From a bacterium (GTDB taxonomy: Bacteria; SZUA-182; DTGQ01), in NCBI GenBank assembly GCA_040752695.1, contig JBFMGO010000031.1:1-52238 (forward strand): DNA of 52,238 nucleotides, read 5' to 3'. Under the pieces are notes generated by a model. It saw only the letters and a program-made list of their open reading frames with translations, made no database searches and had not been told where the DNA came from. Within the stretch, counting starts at the first letter, position 1, and each line of letters opens with the position of its first letter. Made by a program: the position numbers and the translations under genes. This document shows, in pieces, positions 22,275 through 32,143 of this stretch.

Positions 22275-23615
22275 ATGTTTTCCAAAATATTAATTGCTAA
22301 CCGGGGGGAAATTGCCCTGAGAGTTATTCGGGCATGCAAAGAGCTCGGCATTAAAACGGTAGCTGTTTATTCTGAAAATGACGCTCACTCTTTCCATGTC
22401 CGGTTTGCTGATGAGGCTATCTGCATTGGTCCTCCGGAAGCGTATAAGAGTTATTTAAACATTCCGTCTATTATCAGTGCTGCTGAGATTACAGACGCTG
22501 AGGCCATTCATCCGGGGTATGGATTTCTATCTGAAAATCCCCGGTTTGTGGAAATCTGTGAAACCTGCAAGATTCGTTTTATCGGCCCCAGCCTGGATAG
22601 TATCAAGCAGATGGGAGACAAAGCGAGGGCGCGCGAGATTATGGGCGCATCCGGAATCCCCGTGATCCCCGGAAGCGGAACTGCGGTAGAAAATGACCGG
22701 GAGGCTTCCGAAATTGCTCATGAGATCGGATTTCCGGTTATCGTGAAGGCTGCGGGTGGAGGAGGGGGAAGGGGGATGCGGGTCGTCCATACTGATGCCA
22801 GTTTCCTGAACGCCTTCATGACAGCCCAGGCTGAAGCCATCAGCTCTTTTGATAACCCCAAACTGTATATAGAAAAGCTCATCGAAGAGCCCAGGCATAT
22901 TGAGTTTCAGATTCTCGGTGACCGTTACGGAAACATTGTCCATCTCGGAGAAAGAGATTGCTCCACGCAGCGCAGATACCAGAAACTCATCGAGGAATCT
23001 CCCTCATTCTGCCTGACTCCCGAGCTCAGGCAGAGAATGGGAAAGGCCGCCATTAAGGCTGCCAGGTCGGTAGGCTATTACAGTACAGGCACAATTGAAT
23101 TTCTTTTGGATAAAAACAGTAATTTCTATTTTATGGAGATGAATACACGAATTCAGGTCGAACATCCGGTCACCGAGATGGTTACCGGAATTGATCTTAT
23201 CAAGGAGCAAATCAAAGTGGCCTGTGGAGAGCGGTTATCTTATTCCCAGGATGATATCAGGCTGAAAGGGCATGCCATTGAATGTCGGATTAATGCGGAA
23301 AACCCCCGGTCATTTACCCCCTGTCCCGGTACTATCACGAGTTTTCATTTACCCGGAGGTCCGGGGGTGAGAATAGATACCGCCGCACATCTCAACTGTA
23401 AGATATCCCCCTACTATGACTCTCTTATTGCCAAACTTATTGTCCACGGCGCAGATCGAAAGGAGGCTATCCGCAGAATGCAAAGAGCCCTTGACGAGTT
23501 TATTATCGAAGGTATTGACACCACCATTCCCTTTCACCTGGAGATGCTGAAGAATCATGCTTTCATTGAGGGGAATATCAACACGGAATTTTTACATCGA
23601 ATGGATGTTAATTAA
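22275..23615 (+). CDS. accC: Acetyl-CoA carboxylase biotin carboxylase
   Basis: [41 protein letters not shown]. Confidence 0.98.
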   Translation: MFSKILIANRGEIALRVIRACKELGIKTVAVYSENDAHSFHVRFADEAICIGPPEAYKSYLNIPSIISAAEITDAEAIHPGYGFLSENPRFVEICETCKIRFIGPSLDSIKQMGDKARAREIMGASGIPVIPGSGTAVENDREASEIAHEIGFPVIVKAAGGGGGRGMRVVHTDASFLNAFMTAQAEAISSFDNPKLYIEKLIEEPRHIEFQILGDRYGNIVHLGERDCSTQRRYQKLIEESPSFCLTPELRQRMGKAAIKAARSVGYYSTGTIEFLLDKNSNFYFMEMNTRIQVEHPVTEMVTGIDLIKEQIKVACGERLSYSQDDIRLKGHAIECRINAENPRSFTPCPGTITSFHLPGGPGVRIDTAAHLNCKISPYYDSLIAKLIVHGADRKEAIRRMQRALDEFIIEGIDTTIPFHLEMLKNHAFIEGNINTEFLHRMDVN

Positions 23616-23641
23616 ATGATTAGGCAGGAGGAAATGTAGAG

Positions 23642-24004
23642 ATGATCAGCGCAGAGGATCTGGCGGCTATTAAAAAAGAGTTACTCAAGGAAAGGACTCG
23701 AATACTTGAGGTCGGAGATAGAACCATTGAAAACGGTTTGCAGCAAAGCCCTGAAGATCTCCCGGATTTCGCCGATCAATCTTCGTTTGAATCAGACCGT
23801 AACTTTGTACTGAGAATGCGAGATCGGGAAAGGAAATTGCTGGTTAAGATTGACCAGGCACTGGAGCGCATCGAAGATGGGACTTTTGGAATATGTGATC
23901 ATTGCGGAGAGGAAATCGGCCTGAAACGCCTTGTGGCCAGACCGGTAGTCACCCTTTGTGTCCACTGTAAGGCACTGCAGGAAAAACAGGAAAAATTCCT
24001 CTGA
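23642..24004 (+). CDS. dksA: RNA polymerase-binding protein DksA
   Basis: DFADQS coiled-coil tip, RDRERKL, C4 zinc finger CDHC...CVHC. Confidence 0.93.
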   Translation: MISAEDLAAIKKELLKERTRILEVGDRTIENGLQQSPEDLPDFADQSSFESDRNFVLRMRDRERKLLVKIDQALERIEDGTFGICDHCGEEIGLKRLVARPVVTLCVHCKALQEKQEKFL

Positions 24005-24070
24005 TCAATTCAGAGGCATGGATGTTTTTACCGTAATGGATATTTTCGTATTTACCTATTTTCGAGACTA

Positions 24071-24307
24071 TTATTTACAGCTACTGCAATTTTTGCTGCT
24101 GCACGAACTGCACGCAGTCGAGGAAGAATACCTCGACTCGGAAAAGACATCGTTGCCACCCGATAATTTCCTGGCGAAGATTGACAATTGCTTATCGACA
24201 CGGCAGCCGTGGCAATGAGGGCAGACGATCGATTCTGTTTGACTGGCGAGAACAAGCTTTTCGAAGTTCTTCTGGCAATCGCGACATTGGTATTCATAAA
24301 TCGGCAT
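24071..24307 (-). CDS. FmdB family zinc-ribbon protein
   Basis: MPIYEYQCRDC...CPHC...CSSCSSKNCSSC; start at ATG 24307 after GAGGA. Confidence 0.88.
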   Translation of the reverse strand: MPIYEYQCRDCQKNFEKLVLASQTESIVCPHCHGCRVDKQLSIFARKLSGGNDVFSESRYSSSTACSSCSSKNCSSCK

Positions 24308-24580
24308 GGAGTATTCCTCTTTTATTTTTTTTCGTTGAAATAGGGGGACCTTTTCGGAAGTTCTCCCTTTCGTTTTACACAAAATCCTTCCCAAGGCCGT
24401 ATCCGTCAATCGAATACTTTGTATGTTACTCGAATTTGCACAAAATGGCAAGGCCAATAGGAGCAGCAAAGAACCAGCCAGCCTCGATGGCTGCCCACAC
24501 CTATTCATACTTCCTTCCCCTTTTTCCTAAAAAAGGGTTATGGGATTTTTACTATGGAATCCGCTTCTTAAGGGCAGGTT

Positions 24581-25006
24581 CTAAATGAGTTCAATAGATA
24601 AATCAAGGGAAACCGCCCATGTCTGGATGTATGTCCTCATGTACTGCCTTTGGAACTGCTTCCACTTTTGGTAATTTTCGTCATAATTTCCAATAACTTC
24701 TAAAAATCTTCGAATCGGCCCCCGATGAATGAGAGCGACTTCCAGTTTATCACGGACATTTTCATCCTCGACCAATTCCAAAAAATTTTCGCGTATCTTC
24801 ACTAACTCTTCCGGAGGTAATGGGTCAATCTTCAAAAACCGTTCATGATCGTTATAGTCGATCTGCGAAAGCGTCTCGTCAGCGCAGTAATCTTCAGAGA
24901 CTTTCACTATTTCGCCGCTCAGCATATCCAGATAATAGTAGATACCTTCAGCCTCATTTTCAAAGGCTTCGATCAAATCGGCCATTTCGACGCACAGCTT
25001 TTTCAT
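24581..25006 (-). CDS. UPF0158 family protein
   Basis: YYLDMLSGEI...LEVALIHRGPIRRF pattern; ATG 25006 after AGGAGG. Confidence 0.8.
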   Translation of the reverse strand: MKKLCVEMADLIEAFENEAEGIYYYLDMLSGEIVKVSEDYCADETLSQIDYNDHERFLKIDPLPPEELVKIRENFLELVEDENVRDKLEVALIHRGPIRRFLEVIGNYDENYQKWKQFQRQYMRTYIQTWAVSLDLSIELI

Positions 25007-25423
25007 AAATGAAACCTCCTTCATCAGCCCTTCTCCTGATGAGCCATAAGCCAGATGAGGTAACCTGCATCCTTTGGTATTCCTACCCCATTAGTTTTCG
25101 GAATATTAGCCCAGGATTCATCATCAAATGAGGGCTCATTTTATTATCGACCCCTTAAGGCGACTGATTCAATAAAAAGGAGTCGAAGAGGTAATTAATA
25201 AAAAAATATCATCCGAAACATCATAAGAAATAACTCGCTGATATTGAAGAGATTTATATAAAAAATCCATGAGGTGACCCATAGAGTAAAGATTTTATGA
25301 TGCAAATTTTATTCTAATGATGTATGCTACAACAAAAGCTACGCCAAGGCAATGGTTGATCATTGGGAACCTGACATTTACAGGTAAAAAATTAATACTA
25401 TTATAAATAAGCAAAGATAGAAA

Positions 25424-26560
25424 ATGACAAATTTAAGTGGAATTCTCGTTGCCGATTCTGAACAGTTTATTAAAAAGATCGTTCCTCCTTTGCATCTGCA
25501 CAGTGTTCAGCTAAGGTTTGATGTAGCTGAGTCCGAAGATGCCTGTTTAAGAAAACTGGAGTCTCATCCCTTCGATATCCTTATAGCCTATCATCATCCT
25601 CCGGCAGTTGACGTTCTTCAATTAACCCGGACTGTAGCTTCAAGGCACTTCCCTGTTGAGATTCTGGTCATCGCTCCGGCTAGTTATGAGGAGGTTCTTA
25701 ATGAATGCGTTATGGAAGGAGCGTTCGCCTATTTCATCGATACTTCCAGGCATTACGAAGTTATTCCTCATCTCGTCAACCGGATGATCCAGTCCTTAAC
25801 TGTCCAGGGAAAAGGATATGCCGCAGCAGGCGGACAGGCTGAGCAGACCGACCGGGAAAAGGGCACAGCCGATCGGGGACAGGATTTATCTTCCCTCGGC
25901 TATGAGGAAAAACTCAAGATCTTAGATCGGCTTACTTCTTATATCGCGCATGAATTAAAGAACCCCTTTACAACGATCAATAATGCTCTTTATTTTCTGC
26001 AAAAAAAAATTCCTGATCAGGCTGACCCTGTTTTCAAAAAGTATATCCAGATAATTGAAAATGAAATCACCGCTTCAAATAAGTTCCTATCGACTCTTTT
26101 GTCTATAACCAGAAAGACCGTCCTTAACCCGACACCCTTACAGATTAATGAAATTTTGGAAAAAACAGTCCATCAGGTCCCGATTTCCCAAAAGATTAAA
26201 GTCAATTTACAACTCGATTCGCTTCTGCCGATCAGCCTGGTCGATCAGGAGCAGATCCAGACTGCCTTTTCTCATGTCATTCGAAACGCAATCCAGGCTA
26301 TGCCCGAAGGGGGGGAACTTACGATACGAACTGCCCATACACAAAAAGTGATTGAGATTCGTATCATCGATCAGGGCACTGGTATCGATCCGAATCATTT
26401 GCCCCATATCTTCGATGCTTTTTTTACCACAAAAGCCAGAAATATCGGATTGGGGCTCACCATTGCCCAGAGAATCATTGAGACCCACGGCGGACAGATT
26501 CTCTTTGAAAGTACTCCCGGAAAAGGAACGAAGTGCACCATCCTGCTCCCCGGTTCATGA
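25424..26560 (+). CDS. Sensor histidine kinase with N-terminal degenerate receiver-like domain
   Basis: H-box AHELKNP, N-box RNAIQAM, G1 DQGTGI, F-box FFTTK, G2 GLGL. Confidence 0.9.
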   Translation: MTNLSGILVADSEQFIKKIVPPLHLHSVQLRFDVAESEDACLRKLESHPFDILIAYHHPPAVDVLQLTRTVASRHFPVEILVIAPASYEEVLNECVMEGAFAYFIDTSRHYEVIPHLVNRMIQSLTVQGKGYAAAGGQAEQTDREKGTADRGQDLSSLGYEEKLKILDRLTSYIAHELKNPFTTINNALYFLQKKIPDQADPVFKKYIQIIENEITASNKFLSTLLSITRKTVLNPTPLQINEILEKTVHQVPISQKIKVNLQLDSLLPISLVDQEQIQTAFSHVIRNAIQAMPEGGELTIRTAHTQKVIEIRIIDQGTGIDPNHLPHIFDAFFTTKARNIGLGLTIAQRIIETHGGQILFESTPGKGTKCTILLPGS

Positions 26561-26841
26561 ACGTGATTAATCAGATGAGATAAGGCGGTTTTTTTCTTTT
26601 CATGAACCTTTACAGCGGTTATAATGGATTTTTCTTATTACCTTGAGCGGGCAAAAAAAAGAAAGCCGTAAAAGGGGTCCTTAACCCTTTTGCCTGTCAA
26701 TCTGGCCGGTAGAAAGGTTAGATAATTCCTGACGATACATTCAGTTATGAAGAGTCTGTCTTTTAGAGACTGGAGAGGAAAAAACACTGGCCACATGTTC
26801 TGCCTGCCTCTTTATGGTTGTATTGTTAGAGAAGAGGAACG

Positions 26842-28629
26842 ATGACGATGAACAAAGTGAGAGAAACCAGGGGAAATGCCGGAAAAGCCATTGCCTCCAA
26901 AAAGGTCCTGCTTATCTATCCGGAGATTCCCCCTACGTACTGGAGTTTTAAATACGCCTTGCCGTTTGTTGGCAAGAAGGCGTCGATCCCTCCTCTTGGC
27001 CTGTTGACCGTGGCTGCTATGCTGCCACCCGCATATGAAGTGACCTTTACCGATATGAACGTGACCTCTCTTCGGGACGAGGAGATTGCCCGGGCTGATC
27101 TGGTGATTACCTCAGCGATGATTGTTCAGAAGGAATCTTTGGCCGGAATTGCCCGAAGATGCAGGCACTTGCATGTGCCGCTGGTCGCAGGTGGACCATA
27201 CCCCACTTCCTCGTATGAGAAAATAGAAAATATAGACTACTTTGTGCTGAATGAGGCCGAAGTGACTCTCCCGCAATTTCTGCATGATTTTGAAAGAGGG
27301 CAGGCCCGGCCTGTTTATAAGGATCGGACGAAAGCGGACATTACAACCACGCCTCTGCCCCGCTTCGATTTACTCTCCATGGATGATTACTGCAGCATGG
27401 CTTTGCAGTATTCCCGTGGGTGCCCGTATAATTGTGAATTCTGTGACATCATCGAGATGTTTGGCCGCTCCTTGCGCACAAAAACCAGCCAGCAGTTTAT
27501 GCACGAATTGAACTTCATCTATTCTCTTGGCTGGCGAGGGTCCGTATTTATTGTGGATGACAATTTTATCGGCAACAAGCAGAAGGTCAAGCAGCTTTTA
27601 CCCGTTATCGCTGCCTGGCAGAAAGAGCGGGCTTACCCGTTCGATTTATTCACGGAAGCCTCGGTTGATATGGCGGCAGATGAAGAGCTGATGGACCTGA
27701 TGAGCGATGCCGGTTTTAATATGGTGTTTCTGGGAATTGAAACTCCGGTCGAGAAAACGCTCATCAGTGCGGGGAAAAAGCAGAACGTGAAGGAGAATCT
27801 CCTTGACAGTGTGGTCAAAATCCAGAACAAGGGAATCGAGGTTGCCGGCGGTTTTATTGTCGGCTTTGACACTGATCCACCCGACATTTTCGAACGTCAG
27901 ATCGAATTCATTCAAAAGTCTGGAATCGTTCTGGCCATGGTAGGATTATTGAACGCGCTGCCGGGCACTCAGCTCTACCGGCGACTGGAAAAAGAAGGCA
28001 GACTTTTGCAGGATTCCACAGGAAATAATACGCATGATTTGCAGTTGAATTTTAAAACCATCATGGATTTAAAAGTACTCCTTGATGGATATAAGCAGGT
28101 TATTGCCAGTATTTATCAGCCCAGGTTCTACTTTGACCGCTGTTTACATTTCCTGCGCAATCTTCATCCCCATCAAAATTCCTCCCGCCGGGTGAGATCG
28201 GAAGAATTATACGCCTTCTTTATGTCTGTCGTGAGGCAGACCTTTTCGCCCTATGGACATCACTATCTGAGTTACCTCTTGAAATCCCTTTTGATCAAGC
28301 CACGGATGTTTCCCGAAGCGGTACGTCAGGCAATCATGGGGCATCATTTTTTTAAGATCACGCGGGAGATTTTGGCTGTAGATGATTTTAAAAGCCGGGT
28401 CAAATCGATGAAGGAGATGTACAAGGAAAAAATCCTCAACGCCTATTCCCTTGAAATAGACAAAGCGATCAAGGAGCTTCGAACCGCCAAAGATACCTTC
28501 CTGAAAGAATTGCATAAGGAATATCTCAAAATTGATAAGGACTTCCGTAATCAGGTTGAAGAATCATTCAGAGCACTGGAGAACTCTTTGAATGCTTACT
28601 ATGGGCAATGGATCAAGGGTAACTCTTGA
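26842..28629 (+). CDS. B12-binding radical SAM protein (DUF4070-type)
   Basis: PPLGLLTVAA, SRGCPYNCEFC (CxxxCxxC), VDDNFIGN, GGFIVGFD. Confidence 0.92.
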   Translation: MTMNKVRETRGNAGKAIASKKVLLIYPEIPPTYWSFKYALPFVGKKASIPPLGLLTVAAMLPPAYEVTFTDMNVTSLRDEEIARADLVITSAMIVQKESLAGIARRCRHLHVPLVAGGPYPTSSYEKIENIDYFVLNEAEVTLPQFLHDFERGQARPVYKDRTKADITTTPLPRFDLLSMDDYCSMALQYSRGCPYNCEFCDIIEMFGRSLRTKTSQQFMHELNFIYSLGWRGSVFIVDDNFIGNKQKVKQLLPVIAAWQKERAYPFDLFTEASVDMAADEELMDLMSDAGFNMVFLGIETPVEKTLISAGKKQNVKENLLDSVVKIQNKGIEVAGGFIVGFDTDPPDIFERQIEFIQKSGIVLAMVGLLNALPGTQLYRRLEKEGRLLQDSTGNNTHDLQLNFKTIMDLKVLLDGYKQVIASIYQPRFYFDRCLHFLRNLHPHQNSSRRVRSEELYAFFMSVVRQTFSPYGHHYLSYLLKSLLIKPRMFPEAVRQAIMGHHFFKITREILAVDDFKSRVKSMKEMYKEKILNAYSLEIDKAIKELRTAKDTFLKELHKEYLKIDKDFRNQVEESFRALENSLNAYYGQWIKGNS

Positions 28630-28656
28630 GGATAATTGACCATAAGGAGCAGTATC

Positions 28657-29514
28657 ATGAAATTGAAAGAAAAATTGGGAAAACAGTTTGTAATTACCAC
28701 AGAGTTGGGCCCCACCAACGGTACAAATGTCGAAGAGACCTTGATCAAGGCAAAAGGGTATTTGCCCCTGGATGCGGTAAATATTCATGATTGCCCCATG
28801 GCCAACCTGAGGATCAACTCGATTGCCCTGTCGCATATTGTTCAGACCGAGCTGGGGATCGAGGCTATTCCCCATTTTACCTGCCGGGACCGGAGCCTTT
28901 TAGGCACGCAGGCAGATCTTCTCGGCGCCCATGCCCTGTGCGTTCGCTACATCCTGCCTACGACGGGAGATGGCCCTCAGCACGGCCCTTACCCATCGAA
29001 GCCTGTCTATGATCTGGATACCCTGGGGCTGATCGCCCTCATCAAAAATATGAACCGGGGGGTGGATTACAACGGAAAAGAATTCGGCGGCACAACGGAC
29101 TTCACCATATCCGCTACCGCAGCGCCCACAGCCAGAAACAGAGAGGTCGAGTTCAGAAGGATTCGGGCTAAAATCGAGGCTGGAGCGGATTTTTTCCAAA
29201 CCCAGCCGGTTTACGATGCCGATAAAGCCATCTCTTTCATGGAGGAGATGAGCCCCTTGAATGTTCCGGTAATTATGGGTATCATGCCTCTCAAGGGGTT
29301 GAAAATGGCCGAATATATGCGGGAGAACGTGGCCGGGGTCGATATCCCGGACGAAATCGTGGAGCGGCTGCGGCAGGATAAAAAGGCCGGAGTTAAAATA
29401 GCCTGTGAGCTTATCCAAAAGATTAAGCCCCATGTGAGCGGCATCCATATTATGGCTCTGGGAAATGTGGAAGGGACCAATGAAATTATCGAATTCGTGC
29501 AGTCCCTTCCCTAG
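28657..29514 (+). CDS. metF: Methylenetetrahydrofolate reductase-like flavoprotein
   Basis: HFTCRDRS, TGD, KIEAGADFFQTQPVYD, GIHIM; ATG after TAAGGAG. Confidence 0.85.
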   Translation: MKLKEKLGKQFVITTELGPTNGTNVEETLIKAKGYLPLDAVNIHDCPMANLRINSIALSHIVQTELGIEAIPHFTCRDRSLLGTQADLLGAHALCVRYILPTTGDGPQHGPYPSKPVYDLDTLGLIALIKNMNRGVDYNGKEFGGTTDFTISATAAPTARNREVEFRRIRAKIEAGADFFQTQPVYDADKAISFMEEMSPLNVPVIMGIMPLKGLKMAEYMRENVAGVDIPDEIVERLRQDKKAGVKIACELIQKIKPHVSGIHIMALGNVEGTNEIIEFVQSLP

Positions 29515-29570
29515 ATTGCCCGATAAGGGCAGTTTCTTGCTGCGCCGAATGTAAAAAGGGGGTGAGGCTT

Positions 29571-30065
29571 ATGTCCTTAGACGAGTACAGGCAGAAGAGG
29601 AAATTTTCCGCTACCCCGGAGCCTGACCCTGATATTGCACCTGATCCTGACCTTGAGCCGGATAGTGATCAGCCGGATCCATCCGGCAGCCGGGCAGGAA
29701 AGCTGTGCTTTGTGGTACAAAAGCATGCGGCTTCGCATCTTCATTACGATTTCCGTCTCGAAATGGATGGGGTCTTAAAGAGCTGGGCTGTCCCCAAAGG
29801 GGTCCCCGATGTGCCGAAAGTGAGAAGACTGGCTGTGGAAACCGAGGACCATCCCCTGGCCTATGTCTCCTTTGAAGGTGTCATTCCCAAGGGGCAATAC
29901 GGAGCAGGCACCGTGGAGATCTGGGATACCGGAGATTACAGGCTGGAAGACCGAAGCGGGGAAAAGATCGTTTTTGAACTGGATGGCCAGCGCCTCAAGG
30001 GCAGATATGCCTTGATCCACACGCAGGGCAAGAACTGGATACTCATGAAAACCGACCATTCGTGA
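29571..30065 (+). CDS. Stand-alone LigD 3'-phosphoesterase domain protein
   Basis: YRQKRKF...TPEP, FVVQKHAASHLHYDFRLE, SWAVPKG, TEDHP, YGAG. Confidence 0.93.
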   Translation: MSLDEYRQKRKFSATPEPDPDIAPDPDLEPDSDQPDPSGSRAGKLCFVVQKHAASHLHYDFRLEMDGVLKSWAVPKGVPDVPKVRRLAVETEDHPLAYVSFEGVIPKGQYGAGTVEIWDTGDYRLEDRSGEKIVFELDGQRLKGRYALIHTQGKNWILMKTDHS

Positions 30066-30094
30066 AAACCGGATGAGAAGAGGGCTTATCTGCC

Positions 30095-32143
30095 ATGAGA
30101 GTGGCTACGGATATCGGCGGAACGTTCACCGATATTGTTTACTGTGACCAAAAAGGCATTCACGGACGGAAAGTGCTTTCAACTCCCCGGAATCCTGACC
30201 TGGCCGTGGCAGCGGCGATCCAGTCCTTTGGCAGGATCGGTTCGTTTTCCCATGGAACGACCGTGGCCACCAATGCACTCCTTCAGCGAAAGGGTGCACG
30301 GGTGGCTTTTCTGGTTACCGAAGGATTCAGGGACCTGCTTCACATCGCCCGCCAGACTAGACCAAGACTCTATGATTTCAACTGCTTCAGACCGGAACCG
30401 GTCGTGGACCGGGCTTTGTGCTTCGAGGTGCCGGAGCGTCTTGGCCATGATGGCTCCGTCATTCGTCCGCTTTCTCTGGAAAAGGCTCAAAGCCTGGCTG
30501 ACGAAGTAAAAAAATCGGGTGCTGAGGCTGTAGCCATATGTCTTTTGTTCTCTTACCGGAATCAGGAACATGAACTTCTCATCGAGCGGGTCATGAAGGC
30601 AGCGGGGCTTGCGGTTTCGCGCTCTTCGGAAATAATCCCCGAATTTCGTGAATATGAAAGGGCCTCGACCACTGCCATCAATGCCTTTGTCCAGCCGGTG
30701 CTGCAAGGGTACCTCGAGAGAATTCAGGATGCCCTGCAGGCAGCGGCCGGTCCCCGTGCCTACTACGTGATGAAATCGAATGGCGGCGTGGCTGCTTCGC
30801 ATGAGATTCTGCCGGTCGAGGCTATTCTCTCCGGCCCGGCAGGCGGTGTAGCCGGTGCGGTTATCCTGGGCAGGGAAATTCGGCAATCCAGCCTGGTCAC
30901 TTTCGATATGGGCGGAACAAGCGCTGATTTTTCGGCCATTGTTGACTACAATCCGCTGTGGACAGATGAGGGGGAAATCGATGGACTTCCTATCCGCCTC
31001 CCCATGATCGACATTACCACAGTCGGAGCAGGAGGGGGTTCCATCGCCTGGCTGGACCGGGGCGGCGCACTGCGTGTCGGCCCGCAAAGCGCCGGTGCCG
31101 ATCCCGGCCCCGCCTGCTACAACCGGGGCGGTCTTCAGCCGACGGTAACCGATGCGAACTTTCTGGCAGGGCTTATCCATCCCGATTCATTCATCAGTAC
31201 AGGCATCCACCTCAACCAGGAGCTGAGCCGGGAGGCGTTCCGGAAACTGGCCGGAGACGCTCGTCTTGGCTTTGAAGAGACGGTTCTTGGCGTGCGCTCC
31301 ATAGTCAACGCCACCATGCTGAGGGGCATCCGCCGCACCACTGTGGAAAAGGGGATTGATGTGCGCACCTTTTCTCTTCTGGCTTTCGGCGGGGCCGGGC
31401 CTCTTCATGCGGCGGACCTGGCCAGGGACCTGGACTTGAAGGAGATCATTGTTCCGCCTCTGGCTGGTGTATTCTCGGCTTTAGGCATACTTCTTTCCGA
31501 TGTGCGACTCGACTTCAGCCAGAGTATTCTCGTCCCGTGGCAAGGGGATAAGACCATCGGGCAGATAGAACACATCCTTGAAGGATTCAGGATAAAAGCC
31601 TGCCGCTCCCTGGCTAACCAGGGGATTACCGAGGCACAGGCAGTATTCTCTCCGCTGGTGGATATGCGCTACCGGGGCCAGAGCTTTCATCTTTCCATCC
31701 CCTATGGCAGCAGCCCGTGCGCTGGGGATGCTGATCTGGAAGCACGTTTTGGCAAGGTTTTCCAGGCCCGCTATGGCTACCTGCTGCCTGCGCAAGCCCG
31801 CACAGAAGTGGTCAATGTGCGCCTTTCGGTATCGGCCAAAAGGGAGGAACTATCCTTCCCGCGGGTCTCGATCCCGGCCATCGCGGCATCGGAAAGCCCG
31901 GCCCTCTCACCTGATCCCCCAAAGCCCGTAGATAAGAGAAAGATTTTACAGCCCACGGGCTGGATGGAAGTCCCCGCATTTCAGAGAAGCGGCCTTCCGG
32001 CGGGCTTTGCCTGGCCAGGCCCTGCCATTATCGAGGATGAAGGGGCCACGATCTTTGCTCCGGCTGATTTTTCAGTGCTCGTAGATGAGAGCGGATGTTT
32101 GCGGATGAGGAAAATGTACGCAGGTAAGGAGGCAGGATTATGA
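30095..32143 (+). CDS. Hydantoinase/5-oxoprolinase subunit A
   Basis: DIGGTFTD, HGTTVATN, SGPAGG, DMGGTS, GAGGGS, FGGAGPLHA. Confidence 0.95.
   Translation: MRVATDIGGTFTDIVYCDQKGIHGRKVLSTPRNPDLAVAAAIQSFGRIGSFSHGTTVATNALLQRKGARVAFLVTEGFRDLLHIARQTRPRLYDFNCFRPEPVVDRALCFEVPERLGHDGSVIRPLSLEKAQSLADEVKKSGAEAVAICLLFSYRNQEHELLIERVMKAAGLAVSRSSEIIPEFREYERASTTAINAFVQPVLQGYLERIQDALQAAAGPRAYYVMKSNGGVAASHEILPVEAILSGPAGGVAGAVILGREIRQSSLVTFDMGGTSADFSAIVDYNPLWTDEGEIDGLPIRLPMIDITTVGAGGGSIAWLDRGGALRVGPQSAGADPGPACYNRGGLQPTVTDANFLAGLIHPDSFISTGIHLNQELSREAFRKLAGDARLGFEETVLGVRSIVNATMLRGIRRTTVEKGIDVRTFSLLAFGGAGPLHAADLARDLDLKEIIVPPLAGVFSALGILLSDVRLDFSQSILVPWQGDKTIGQIEHILEGFRIKACRSLANQGITEAQAVFSPLVDMRYRGQSFHLSIPYGSSPCAGDADLEARFGKVFQARYGYLLPAQARTEVVNVRLSVSAKREELSFPRVSIPAIAASESPALSPDPPKPVDKRKILQPTGWMEVPAFQRSGLPAGFAWPGPAIIEDEGATIFAPADFSVLVDESGCLRMRKMYAGKEAGL

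Noticed and set aside
26600..26840. Riboswitch (cobalamin, SAM or c-di-GMP) upstream of the B12 radical SAM-metF genes
   Set aside because: Only a short hairpin is visible; no B12 box or other aptamer core motifs recognised.
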